Below, piece after piece: positions 1-15,800 of a stretch of 64,000 nucleotides of DNA (its first letter is position 1; each line of letters begins with the position of its first letter). Below the pieces are notes generated by a model, which worked only from the letters and a program-made list of their open reading frames with translations, was not told the DNA's origin and did no database searches. This stretch comes from the human T2T-CHM13v2.0 reference genome, Homo sapiens. The DNA is taken from assembly GCF_009914755.1 (NCBI RefSeq), contig NC_060930.1. One strand, written 5' to 3'. The translations under genes and the position numbers were made by a program.

Positions 1-506
1 TGAAATGTGTTGCTTAAAGAAAAATATAGGATAGACTAATTTGTGTTCAAGAAGGTATCCTCTATCATAGATATGAATATAAAAGTATTTAATTTGTTTT
101 AAAATAACAAATATTTAAAAGTTTCTCTTGATGGCAGTACCTTATGCATTTTTCCTACTTTTGATGAAAAATCTGGGTAACTAATGTTGATAACTCCCAC
201 TTAGATAGCAAACAAGAATGATAAGCATTCATTATTCCCAAGACCATGCTTTCTGGGACCATCAAGTTGTTCTCTAATTACTGTTGTGTTTAATTTTGGG
301 TCACTGTTAATTAATCCAGAATTGCTTCTTCAAGGTGGTTGACTGTCAACTATAATTGTATATTCTTAAAGAGATAGGCTTTCCCCTGTATTTTCTGGCA
401 GAATTTCAGTGGTGCATTTAAAATGTACAAGGTAGAGTGGAAAAGGCAGTGTATCTTTGCAGATATATTCCTTCATCTGAAATCAGTAGATATAAATAAT
501 AAGTTT

Positions 507-871
507 TATATTAGTAAATTTTCACACTGCTATAAAGAACTACCTGAGATTGGGTAATTTATGAAGAAAAAAATTTGACTAACAGGCAGGCTTAACAGAA
601 AGCATGACTCAGGGGTTGCAGACAACTTACAATCATGGTGGAAGGGGAAGAAAGACCTGTCTTCTTATGGCGGCAGGAGAGAGAGAGGAACTGGGGCAAT
701 GCCAGACTTTTAAACCATCAGATCTTGTGAGAACTCACTCGCTATCATGAGAACAGCATGGGGGAAACTGCCCCCATGATCCGATCACTTCCCACTGGGT
801 CCCTCCCCTGAAATGTGGGGAATACAATTTAAGATGAGATTTGGGTGGAGGCACAGAGCAAAACCATATCA
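507..871 (-). mobile_element. MaLR solo LTR (THE1D/MSTA-like)
   Basis: Reverse-complement MaLR termini tatattagt...aaaccatatca, with typical core (acttacaatcatggtggaagg, gatcttgtgagaactcactc). Near-matching 5-bp flanks agttt/tgttt. Confidence 0.9.
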
Positions 872-964
872 TGTTTACCAAAATGAATAAGTTAATATCA
901 CAAAGAAATGATTCCTTTTGTTAATCAAAATAGACATAATTTTTTGAGTTCCTATTAAATATAA

Positions 965-1345
965 AACTCTCAATTAAGTGCTTTATATGCATAGTATGAC
1001 ATTTTCTCAGCACCCTCATGAGGTAAGTACTATTTTTTAATTAAATTTTATTAGAGATTTTTTATTTTTTTGTAGAAATGGGGTCTCACTCTGTTGCCCA
1101 AAGTGGCCTCAAACTCCTGGATTCAAGTGATGCTCCTGTCTTGGACTCCCAAAGTGTTGGGATTACAAGTGTGAGCCACTGCACCCAGCTCTCAAGTACT
1201 ATTTTTATTTACATCTCACAGATGAGAAAACTGAGAGTTAGAGATGGTGAGTACATTATTCAACTATGCAACTAATAAAACTGAAGCAGGTTTTCCACCC
1301 AAGATCTCTCTACTTTCAAAGCCTATGTTCTTTCTACTGCTCCTC
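965..1345 (-). mobile_element. MIR SINE interrupted by an Alu monomer
   Basis: MIR core cagatgagaaaactgag at about 1219. Upstream half taagtgctttatatgc...ctcatgaggtaagtac. Boundaries approximate. Confidence 0.75.
1038..1190 (-). mobile_element. FLAM / left Alu monomer
   Basis: Single Alu left arm (ggggtctcactctgttgccc...gagccactgcacccagc). TSD aagtactattttt at 1025-1037 and 1194-1206. Confidence 0.9.
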
Positions 1346-2779
1346 ACTATGTTCTCTCTACAGGGAAAACATGCTGAGAAAGTAACTGATACTCACTGGA
1401 CAAGTTAATGACACTGAACAGAAGAGAAGCCATTGAAAAGGCAGGGTCCTATCAAAAGTTCACTGTTTACATTGATCTTTTCCTTCACATTACATCTACT
1501 GACTTAAACTTAGGTAAGGTGACTACCTAGGAATCTAGAAAGTTTCTGTCTCTGGAATGGTGTAGTCTTTTCTTTGGTAGTAGGACTAATGTCCTCTTAC
1601 TGTTTCTAGGTTTCTCTTTGCTCACATTATTGGCTGTTTATTTGTCTCTCCAATCCAGGCAGGCACAGGGGACTCTTGAAACATTTCTATCACCATTAAA
1701 ATGTGTAATTAGTCAGGAGTAGCTGAACTTCTCATAGAAGTAATCACTACTAGGAGGAGCAGTTAGGCACTACCATATGTATGAAATCTGTAATCTGGAA
1801 GGAATAGGTTCTATTAGTTATGAAAAATCCCTAATGTCCTCACCTGTATTTCTGGATGTTTTGAAGAAATGCCTTTCTTGTTAATAGAAGATTCACTATC
1901 TGTAGCTCAGAGAGTTTTCCCTTCATTATTATTCGTAACTTAGAAATTAGGGATATACTACACAGAAACACAAGGGTAACATTAATTGGGATGTCATCTA
2001 AGGTAGGCTTCCATCCCTTGAGTTTACCCTCTGGATCCATCTCACTTTGGCTGTCAGCTAAAAACTACAGGATTAAACAAAAAGCGATTTCTCAGACATA
2101 ATGAGGGAGAAGGAAGGGATGGAACCTACCAAAAGCTGACTGCACTAGAGCAAGAATGAAGGGAGGCAACCATAGAGCCTCAAGATGACAGTTTTAGTGA
2201 GGATGAGATTGATAGCAGCCCAGGTACAGAGGTCCTGCATCCTTATCCACATTCATTATCTTCTCAGAGGCCTCTTTAATTAATCCCAGTGTGGGAAGGG
2301 TTGAATGACCCCATCCTCTTGTGGAGAAAAAGCAGGTCAGCCTTCCTCCAAGGGCTCCTAACATAGGGTTCTTTCCTGTCTTGCTTCCTTGCCCCTCTCC
2401 AAGTTCTTGGTAATAAATACAGCAAATACAGAATAAACTGATTTAGTCTGTTGGTAAACATAATCATAAGCCACACACTAGAAAAGCACACAAGCAGGTA
2501 ACATTTTTTAAAATCTTAAATGTGTCAATCTGCGTGTATTTTGACATGCAGATTTTTCAAAAATAATTAGCCACAACTGCTAAGAGAATCCACGTTTGGT
2601 CTCAGCAAGTTACATATATTCCCTTCTATATGTGGTTGAAGAAGTCATGATAAATGTTGCACATTCTAAGAGCAGAGTGACTTGAATTGAGAGACATTAA
2701 AACCCAGTTTAAATGATGCTGCTGAAATATCTTTGTGGTTTGCATTCCTCCAGTGTTTATTGTCTGAGCACTTAGGCAC

Positions 2780-3020
2780 ACGGCAAGGAAGAGTGAATAG
2801 TTAGCAGAGTCGAGGGCTGAAAAGAAAATCAAGAAGATTAGTGCTGAGGAAACTCTGTTAAAACTGTGATAAGGAGGAATCTGTGACCTTTGAGAGGCCA
2901 TTTCAGTAGCTTAGTGGGGAAGGAAGTCAGCCTGCAGTACATTACAGATTAATTGGATGGTGAAAAAGAGACAGTGAGTGAGACTTCTCTTTATATAGTC
3001 AAACAGCAAAAGATGAGAGA
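2780..3020 (-). mobile_element. L2 LINE fragment
   Basis: Degenerate L2 motifs gtgacctttgagaggccatttcagtag, agcctgcagt and gagacagtgagtg. Boundaries approximate. Confidence 0.6.
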
Positions 3021-3429
3021 GAATTAGTTTAATAAGCTAGTCAGGAAAAAAAACAAGTTTTTTTTTTTTTTTTTTTTAAAGTATTGTTTAGAGGTAGAGC
3101 AAGAGGCATGGTGGAAGTGTGTAGCACAGCTAAGGGAGGAAGAGAGAGAGAGATGGAGATCGAGTTCGAGATCTGCTAGTGCAAGATTTTGTCTGCTTAA
3201 CAAGCACTTGCTTAAAAAGAAGTTCCTGAATTGCTTCACGTCGTAGGACTCAAAAAAGTGTTAGAGCATGAAACACATAGACATATGCTCTGCAGGGGCA
3301 TACAATCTAAAAGTGATACAATGCATATAAAGATGATGAAATGGGGTTACCAGCTCAGCACCTTTCAAAGTGATGCCACACAAAAAATGCTAGCCAAACC
3401 ACTTTAATCATAATAACAAATATTTTTTG

Positions 3430-3615
3430 AGTTTTAAGCCCTTCAGATGTCTTTAATTTCTATATTAACCATATTAGGTGATTACTATTGTCATGTTGCA
3501 TATGAGGACATTAAAGCTATGGGAGGCTAAGGAAGTTCTTACTGTCTCATAGCTAATAAGTGATTTAAGCACAGTCCCTGATCACAAGTTAGAACCCTAC
3601 ACTTATTAACTACAG
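3430..3615 (-). mobile_element. MIR fragment
   Basis: Degenerate core gcatatgaggacattaaagct...ctcatagctaataagtg. Confidence 0.5.
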
Positions 3616-4488
3616 TCAAAATGAGTGAAATGCATGACCTCAAGTCTCAAATAGAAATTCAGCAAAGAAGCCACACTCCAAACATGCTACTACAATCTTC
3701 AATGACTTTTAATTCTGATTAACACCACAGTTTTAAATACTAGCATAATGAAGGATAGAGTTGGGCATTAATTGGTGAAATTAGTGGCTTGTTAATTAGA
3801 TCATGGAAATGGGCATGTACTAAGTGAGATTAGCAATAGTTAAAATTTGTGAATTGGTTAAAATATTTTAGAAAGATTTCCTGTTCTGACACTAGTCTAT
3901 TGCATCACTCTTCATTTTTAGGATGAAGTTGGAAGCTTGTTCCTTCAAGAGTCCTGTTGCCTAGTCATATCTTTGGAGGATGATGAAAATGAGGTCACTT
4001 AAATTTGCCTCTAGACTGTCTTGCATTTGTACCAAAGAAAGCTCACGTAAGGCATGGTTGGAAGGACTTCAATTTTTTTTTTGAAACCAAAGTGGGATTT
4101 CATTGAACTTACAGAACAGGCAGTATGGTCTACTTGAGGACTACTTACTAATATGTGCTAATTTAACAATAGTTTGCATGTGTGGAAGATTGTTGTTTGA
4201 TTCTTTCTTTTACTGAAACCTGGTAATAAGGTTGTAGGAGAGCAGCTATCTCTAAACCACTTCCAACTATTAGGGCCCATATAACGTACTAAACAACCTG
4301 TCTGTATTTACCTAAATTGGCCTAGATCAATTTAACACATAACTTTGTGAGTTTTCTCTATAAATTAACTTCCCAGTTTACAAAAAAACCATTCTTCACC
4401 TTCTTCTTAATACTACCATCCTGATTATTACCTTCCCAGACTTCACCTATCTGCCCTCTAGTTTTACTGAGAAAATAGGTATAGTCAG

Positions 4489-6033
4489 GAAGTCCTAGCA
4501 AGAGCAATCAAGAAAGAGGAAGAAATGAAAGACATCAAAATAGGAAAAGAAAGCAACTTGTCTCTCTTCACTGATGATGTGATTCTATACCAAGAAAACC
4601 CTAGACTCTGCCAGAATGCTCCTGGGATGGATAAACAACGTCAGTAAAGTTTCAGGATACAAAATCATTGTACAAAAATCTAGTATTTCTATACCCCCAA
4701 AACATTCAAGGTGAGTACCAAATCAAGAATGCATTCTCATTTACAATAGCCACACACACAAAAATGAAATATCTAGGAATACATCTAACCAAGGAGGAGA
4801 AATATCTCTACAAAGAGAACTACAAAACGCAGCTTAAAGAAGTCAAAGATGACAAACAAATGGAACAATATTCCATGCTCATGGATGAGAGAAACCAATA
4901 TCATTAAAATGGCCATACTGTCCAAAGCACTGTGCAGATTCAATGTTATTTCTATCAAAATATCAATGTCATTTTTCACAGAACTAGAAAAACTATTCTA
5001 GTTTTTCGATTCATATGGAACCCTAAGACAGCCCTAATAGCCAAAGCCATGCTAAGTAAAAAGAACAAAGCAAGAGGCATCATATTACCTGACTTCAAAC
5101 TATAAAGATAGTAACCAAAACAGCATGGTACCAATACAAAATCAGACATATAGACTGGAACAGAATACTCCATTAAAAAGTGGGCAAAAGAAATGAACAG
5201 ACGCTTCTCAAAAGAAGACATACGAACAACCAAGAAACATATGAAAAAATGCTTCACATCACTAATCATCAGAGAAGTGCAAATCAAAACCACAATGGGA
5301 TATCATTTCATACCAGTCAGAATGACTATTAGTGAAAAGTCAAAAACAACAATGCTGGCAAGGCTGTGGAGAAATGGTGACACTTACACACTGTTGATGG
5401 GGATGCAAATTAGTTCAGCCACTGTGGAAATCAGTTTGGAGTTTCTCAAAGACCTTAAAACAGAACTACTATTTGATCCAGCAATCCCATTGCTGGGATT
5501 TATATCCAAAAGAAAATAAATCATTCTACCAAAAAGATACATGCACTTGAAAGTTCATCACAGCATTATTTAAAACAGCAAAGACATGAAATCACCCTAA
5601 GTGCCCATTAGTGGTGGACCGGATAAAGAAAATATGGTATATATATACCATGGAATACTATGCAGCCATATGAAGAATGAAGTTATGTCCTTTGCAGGAA
5701 CATGGATGCAGCTAGAGACCATTATCTCAAGCGAATTAATGTAGGAACAGAAAACCAAATACTGTATGTTCTCCCTTATAAAGGGAGCTATAACATTGGA
5801 TACTTATGGGCATAGAGATGGCAACCATAGACACTGGGGATTACTAAAGGGGAGAGTGTGAGAGGGGGCCAAGGGCTGCAAAACTAACTTCTGGGTATTT
5901 TGCTCACTATTTTGGTGATGGAATCATTCCTAACCCAAACCTCAGCATCATGCAGTATACTTATGTGAGAAACCTGAACATTTATCCCCTGAATTTAATG
6001 TAAATTTGAAATTATAAAAAAATTTTAAATACA
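4489..6033 (+). mobile_element. 5'-truncated old primate L1 (L1PA15/16-like) with internal deletion, inserted in L2
   Basis: ORF2 RT and C-terminal remnants (ORFs 4668-4907 and 5193-5519). 3'UTR aaacctcagcatcatgcag. Degenerate TSD aaaataggtatagtcag (4472-4488) / aaaatagttgtaatcag (6034-6050). Jump of about 0.5 kb in ORF2 near 5165. Confidence 0.92.
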
Positions 6034-6109
6034 AAAATAGTTGTAATCAGATGGATAGTCCTTCAGCTTTCCTCATCTTCCATCATCAACTGTTAACTCT
6101 TAACCATCA

Positions 6110-6503
6110 ACTATTAACCTGGATTTGGTGTTTATCATGTCTATGCATGTTTATATACACTAATGCACAAATATATATTTGTATTATTTTTATGAGTTTT
6201 CAAATGTTAAATAAATAATATATTGTACATGTCATTTTACAACTTCTTTATTCCACATTATGTTCTTGAGATTTATTTATATTAATTTATTCATTTCAAT
6301 TTTGTTTAATATTTCATTAAATAACTGCTGTCAAGTTTATTCTCTGTTGATGGGTATTATACAAATTTCCATTTTTACCAATGATAAATGAGAAGTTCCT
6401 ATTTTTCCACATTCATGCCAACTTGAATTGTCAGACTTTTTAATTTTGCCAAACTGAAGAGTTTAAAATGGTGTCTCATTATAATTTTAATTTGTATTTC
6501 CTA
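6110..6503 (-). mobile_element. Ancient L1M (L1ME-like) fragment, left part
   Basis: gttcctatttttccacat...ttgtcagactttttaattttgcc...gtgtctcattataattttaatttgtatttcc. The sequence resumes after the THE1 at 9117. Confidence 0.75.
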
Positions 6504-9116
<2,613 letters not shown>

Positions 9117-9640
9117 CTCTGATATCTAGGCATATAGAACAGATTTTCATATGTTTATTGGCCATGAGTTTTTCTTTCTTTCAAATCACCTGTTCATATC
9201 TTTTGTCCATTTGTCTTAGCATTATGAATGAGTAGCCCACCATTTCTCCACTGCTTTGTAAAGCCATGTGTATTTTATATGCACAAATATATATTTTGTA
9301 TATTTATATACACAAAAATATGTGTTTCCTGGATCTCTATGTTGTTTCATGGGTTTAAGACTTCACTTGTATAATTCTCTTATTTACTGTAGTTTTATAA
9401 TAATTTTTGATATCTGATATACCATATCTCCCAGTACTTTCTTCAAAGTATTTGTAGAAATTTCTAGTACTTTGTATTTCCATATTCATTTTAAGAATAT
9501 TATGTCAAGATCATGAAAACCCTGAAGACATTTTCACTAAATTTTGTTAATTTGTGGACAAAATTAGACAGAATTGAAATATTTTTTGAGTCTTCTTAAT
9601 CCGTAAATATGGCATATATTTTATTTCTCTTTAACTTATT
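9117..9640 (-). mobile_element. Ancient L1M fragment, right part
   Basis: ttttcatatgtttattggccat...ctgttcatatcttttgtccattt continues the 6110-6503 fragment. Confidence 0.7.
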
Positions 9641-9644
9641 CTAA

Positions 9645-10380
9645 TCAGGCTTCTTTTCTTAACAATCCATTGAATATCGTTTGATTGGCAGGATCATGAA
9701 CAACCTGAACTTGTCAAATCCAGTGGCCACTTCTCTGTCCTTTTCTTGCTTGACTCTTCAGTAGCCTGAAGATTTTTCCACCAGCTCAGCATCTCTGTAG
9801 TCTCAGTTTAGATGTCACCTCTTTAGAAAGTTATTTTCCCATTATGCAATTTAAAGTGGCCATACAGTGACTTCTTCCACATAACTTTGAATTCTTTACA
9901 CACTGCTTATCTCTATCTAATATGGCCTCTGTCAACATCCTGACTTATCTTACACCACTTTCTCTTTCGCTAATTATGTTTTTTTTTTTTTTTTACTTTT
10001 TTCAATACATCAAACTATTCCTCACATTAGGGACATCCTACTTATTTTTCTTTCTGTCCAGAGCTCTTGTCTCTTAAAGATATTTATGTGACTCTCTCCT
10101 CATCATCTGTCACCTCCAAAGAGGACTTCCTTGACAACCCAGTCTGAAACCACTCTCCAATTATCACCACACAACCCAGTGTATTGTTTTAAAAGTTTGG
10201 CCTCTGATTGGAAATTATCCTGTTTATGCATTTGCTTGTTTATTATTAATTTACCCCTAACTCCATCCCACAGAATATATGCTACATAAAAGTAGTAACC
10301 TTGTTTATTTTGTATACATTAATACTCAGAACACTGCCTAACACAGAGTTGGGGTTCAACAAATATTTAGTGAATAAAAT
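9645..10380 (+). mobile_element. L2 LINE 3' fragments
   Basis: aaatccagtggccacttctctgtcc and tcagttagatgtcacctc. Ends in the L2 tail ttcaacaaatatttagtgaataa. Confidence 0.75.
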
Positions 10381-11759
10381 AAGCCACTTAATAGCCTAAG
10401 ACTTATGAAATCCAGTTATTTGTTAAATGAAAACACTATTATCTATGAATTGAAAGGAAGAAAGGATGTAGGTCTCAGGTCTAACAAAATAAATTATTAT
10501 AGTTGACATCTGGCCTTGGTAAATTAACAAATAATTGTTTACAAGTAGCATTTGGATGAATGAAATATAAATCATTATTTTAGATATGAAATAATTTTCA
10601 AATAAAAAATATATATAGGTAAGTTTTGTATTTACTGTTTATACAAATAAGTGAAAAGATAAAAGATTAACAAAATTAAGATAAGGGCAGATTAACCTGG
10701 AATAAAGTTAATACCCCAAACTCATGTAGAGTGGTTGAAAAATTCATTTCTAAACATTACAACAGACCCTCCAAAAGGAAACTATGATCAGTTACATGAC
10801 TCATGCTGTCCATAAGAAAACAAGACAGTAGATCAGGGGAGACTGGAATGTTTTTGGAGCTGAGTCCAGAGAGACTTCTTCAATGGGTTGTCACAACATA
10901 GTCTTTATCATCAATATTTGCATAGCTAATAAGATGTGGAGTACCTTAGAGCTCTTCCTCATAACGTTTTCCAATAAATGTTAAAGATATAATGCCCAAG
11001 GGCAGGTGAGTAATTGCTGATATGAAATGAAACAATCATATGGCCTGGTTCTTCAGTGATCTGGCTTAGCAGAGTCTTGTAAGAATGACTTCTTTCTAAG
11101 AAGGATGGTTGGAAAATTCTTCAGGCAACCCTGTGTGTCATTTTCACAAATGATCATATCATGGGCATTGGGCAGAAGAAAATCTGGTTATACTTCTTGA
11201 CAGGTAAGGAGAGTACAGATATTTGTGTTATTGAATAAAAACAACCCATGTGCAACAACTATTGGCTGACTTGGGAATAGGTTAACTTTCTTTTATGAAA
11301 AGTGAAGCACCTAATGAGGATATACACCTGATTAAAAAAAGCTGCCTCCAGAAAAAGAAAAGTCAGGGCTTCTCTTACAAAGCAGTCCTGGTTCTGGTCT
11401 GACAAAAGAATGAATGGATATCTTACCCCTGAGTTACCTCTGCACCACAGGTAATGCCTATATACTCATAATCCTACATCCTGGATGCATTATTCACTGG
11501 GATTCTGAAGCCAAGGTAAGGTCAGATGTATCATCACAGATTCAGACTTAAGCAGTTTTAGATACTTCTGCTTTCGTTAGGCCCATATGTACCTGGACCC
11601 TGGCCAAGGTGCCCCATCCAGGAGTCAGGCTTTCCTAAGCAATATTAGCTCCTCCTGGTTTCTGCAGATGCAGAGGTCTTCCTCTTTTTTCAAAGACTCC
11701 TTGAATACCGCTCAGGCTGCACATTGTTTTCTCTGGCTATTACTATCTAACATTGGCTT

Positions 11760-11980
11760 GTTCCTTCATCCAACAAATATTTATTATGCTTTGCAGGGTA
11801 TCACATCTTCAGGCAGAAGATAGTTATGTTTTGCGATTCCCATTAGACAACCAAGTTGTGTTGTTGTACAGGCAGTTGGATAGACAAGTCTGAGGTTGAC
11901 TGCAGGCCAGGGCCAGAGATTTAGATGTCATTTTTGAAGCTTGGGATTGGATAAGGTTATTTAGGAAGTGAGAACAGATA
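11760..11980 (-). mobile_element. L2 fragment
   Basis: Tail catccaacaaatatttatt and internal aggcagttggatagacaagtctg. Confidence 0.6.
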
Positions 11981-12836
11981 TATAGGGAGAATAATATCAC
12001 CAAAGCCCCAATTTTTTTTAAGCAACATTGAATGCTTGGCCTTAATCATAAGACTCTGATGGGTTTCTGCTTTCCCCCTCCTCTGCAGGCTGTCAAGCAC
12101 TTCTCTGCCCAAGCACCATTTTTCCTGCTTAAAATAGGCCTCCAAAGTCTTTAGATATCAGTCAGACTAGTCTTCGGCCTTGGGTTAACTCATTTAATTG
12201 CTTTATTTGATGCATGCTGAACATACATGAGAAGAGAGAGGACTCCGAAGCTCTTAAAACCCCAATTCAAATCTAGCATGTTATATATACATTTTTTGAG
12301 TTCCTTGCAGAATAATTCTCCATGATCAGTTCCCCATTAGGACTTTTAGATCAGGAAACCAGACTCATCAGGAAGTGTCTCTGGCCTATAAAAATCCTGA
12401 GTTTTATACCTTTGTAGGGGTCAAAACTAATACCCCAAAATATGACACTTTGTAAATGCTGAACTAAAAAAAAGAGTCTCAGGGTCTGTCTTACTACATC
12501 CATCTCTTCACCCACTCTGTCTCCAACAAAGCATAGGATCCTCTGAAGTTCCCTTATCTGGCAAAAGTCTGGATCCATTAAAGTAGTAAACAATTACTTC
12601 TGGTCCCTTGCCTGACTTTTCATGAACTAAACCCATATTGCAGGAAGGAAGACTAGTCTATCAACAAACCTAGACGAACCATTGTCTGCTCTGTGGGCCA
12701 AACATTGTCCTAGACCATTGTGTGTTCTTCAAGCCCATTGAATTCTCCTAGTAATCATTTGTTTCCTCTTGAGAGACTTCCCCTTCTTGCCCTTCCCATA
12801 ACCTATTTTGTCAGAGTCCAAGCCCCCATTCTTTCT

Positions 12837-15800
12837 TTTTTTTTGTTTCTTCATTTCTTTATTTTTATTTTCTTCTTCATTTTTTCTTTATTTTGTTTCT
12901 TCATTTCTTTATTTTTATTTTTTATTTCAATTGGTTTTTTGGGGAAATAGGTGGTATTTGGTTATATGGATAAGTTCTTTAGTGGTGATTTCTGTGATTT
13001 TGGTATACCTGAGAAGTGTACACTGTACCCAATGTGTAGTCTTTTATCTCTCACCTTCCTCCCACCCTTTCCCCCAAGTCCCCAAACTCTATGTATCATT
13101 CTTATGCCTTTGTGTCCTCACAGCTTGGCTCCCACTTATGAGTGAGAACATGCAATATTTATTTTTCTATTCCTGAATTACTTCACTTAGAATAATGTCC
13201 TCCAATTCCATCCAGGTTGCTGTGAATGCCGTTATTTCTTTCCTTTTTATGGCTGAGTATTATTCCATGGTGTATATATATAACACATTTTTTAACCCAG
13301 TCAGCTGATGAGCACTTGGGATGGTTCCATATTTTTGCAATTGCAAATCATGCTGCTATAAACATGCATGTGCAAGCATGTTTTTCATATAATGACTTCT
13401 CTGGGTAGATACCCAGTGGTGGGATTGCTGGAGCAAATGATAGATCTACTTTTAGTTCATTAAGGAATTTCCATTCTGTTTTCCATAGTCATTGTACTAG
13501 TTTACATTCCCACCAGCAGTGTGAAAGTGTTCCCTTTTCACCACATCCACACAAACATCTATTATTTTTTGTTTTTTTTTTTGATTATGGCCATTCTTGC
13601 AGGAGAAAGATGGTGTTGCATTGTGGTTTTGATTTGCATTTCCCTGATCATTAGTGATGTTGAGCATATTTTCATATGTTTGTTGGCCATTTGTATATCT
13701 TCTTTTGAGAATTGTCTACTCATGTCCTTATGCCACTTTTTGGTGGGATTGTTTGTTTTTTGCTTGCTGATTTGTTTGAGTTCCTTGTAGATTCTGACTA
13801 TTAGGCCTTTGTTGGATGCATAGTTTGCAAATATTTTCTCCCACTTTGTGGGTTGTCTGTTTCGTCTGCTGATTATTTCTTCTGTTGTGCAAAAGCTTTT
13901 TAGTTTAATTAAGTCCCGTTTATTTATCTTTGTGTTTCTGTTGCATTTGCCTTTGGGTTCTTGGTCATAAAGTCTTTGCCTAGAGCCAATGTCCAAAAGA
14001 GTTTTTCTGATGTTATCTTCTAGGGTTTTTATGGGTTCAAGTCTTAGATTTAAGTCTTTGATCCTCCTTGAGTTGATTTTTATGTAAGGTGAGAGATGAG
14101 GATCCAGTTTCAGTCTTCTACATTGGGCTTGCCATTTATCCCAGGACTATTTGTTGAATAGGGTGTCCTTTCCCCGCTTTTGGTTTTTGTTTGCTTTGTC
14201 GAAGATCAATTCGCTGTTAAGTAATTGGCTTTCTTTCTGGGTTCTCTCTTCTGTTCCATTGGTCTACATGTCTATTTTAATACCAGTACCATGCTGTTTT
14301 GGTGACTGCAGCCTTATAGTATAGTTTGAATTTGGGTAATGTGATGCCTTTGGATTTGTTCTTTTTGCTTAGTCTTGCTTTGGCTATGTGGGCTCTTTTT
14401 TGGTTTTATGTTAATTTTAGGATTGTTTTGTCTAGTTCTGTGAAGAATGATGGTGGTATTTTGATGGGAATTACATTGAATTTGCTGTTTTGGTGACTGC
14501 AGCCTTATAGTATAGTTTGAAGTTGGGTAATGTGATGCCTTTGGATTTGTTCTTTTTGCTTAGTGTTGCTTTGGCTGTGTGGGCTCTTTTTTGGTTCTAT
14601 GTTAATTTTAGGATTGTTTTGTCTAGTTCTGTGAAGAACGATGGTGGTATTTTAATGGGAATTACATTGAATTTGTACATTGTGTTTGGCAGTATGGTCA
14701 TTTTCACCAAATTGATTCTACTCATCCATGGACATGGAATGTGTTTCCATTTCTTTGTGTCATCTATAATTTCTTTAGCAGTGTTTTGCAGTTTTCTGTC
14801 TAGAGGTCTTTCATCTCCTTGGCTAGAAATATTCCTAAGGTTTTTTTCTTTTTTGCAGCTGTTGTGAAAGGGATTGAGTTCTTGATTTGATTCTCAGCTT
14901 GGTTGCTGTTGATGTATAGCAGTGCTACTTGTCTGTGTACGTAGATTTTGTATCCTGAAATTTTACTAAATTTTCATTTGTCAGATCTAGGAGCTTTTTG
15001 GATGAGTCTTTAGGGTTTTTGTGGTTTTTGATTTTCATTTCCCTGATCATTAGTGATGATTACATGATTTCTAGGCATATGATTATATCATTGGTGAATG
15101 ACTGTTTGACTTCCTCCTTACTGATTCAGATGCCCTTTATTTTTTTCTTTTGTCTGATTGCTCTGACTAGGACTTCCAGTACTATGTTGAATAGAAAGTG
15201 GTGAAAGTGGGCATCCTTGTCTTGTTCCAATATTCAGGCAGAATGCTTTCATGTTTCCTCCATTCAGTATAATGTTAGCTATGGGTTTGTCATAGATGGC
15301 TTTTATTACCTTAAGGTATGTCACTTCTATGCCAATTTTGCTAAGGGTTTTAATTATAAAGGGATCCTAGATTTGTCAAACCCTTTTTCTGCGTCTGTTG
15401 GGATTATTATGTGATTTTTGTTTCTAATTCTGTTTATGTGGTGTGTCATATTTATTGACTTGCATATATTAAACATCCCTGCATCCCTGGTATGAACCCA
15501 CTTGCTCATGTTGGATTATCTTTCTGATATGCTGTTGGATTCGGTTAGCTAGTATTTTGCTGAGGATTTTTGCATCTATGTTTATCAGGGATATTGGTCT
15601 GTAGTTTTCTTTTTTTGTTATGTCCTTTCCTGGTTTTGGAATAAAGGTGATACTGGCTTCATAGAATGATTTAGGGAAAATTTCCTTATTATCTATTCTT
15701 TGGAATAGTGTCAATGGGATTGGTACCAATTCTTCCTTGAATGTCTGATAAAATTCAGACATGAATCTATCTGGTCTTGGAGTTTTTTTTTTTTTTTGGT

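Noticed and set aside
10990-11525. Cluster of splice-donor-like motifs (gtgagt, gtaagg, gtaatg)
   Set aside because: No convincing paired acceptors or open frames.
12841-12921. Duplicated 31-mer of T-rich sequence
   Set aside because: Lies in the decayed poly(A) tail of the L1PB1; ordinary slippage.
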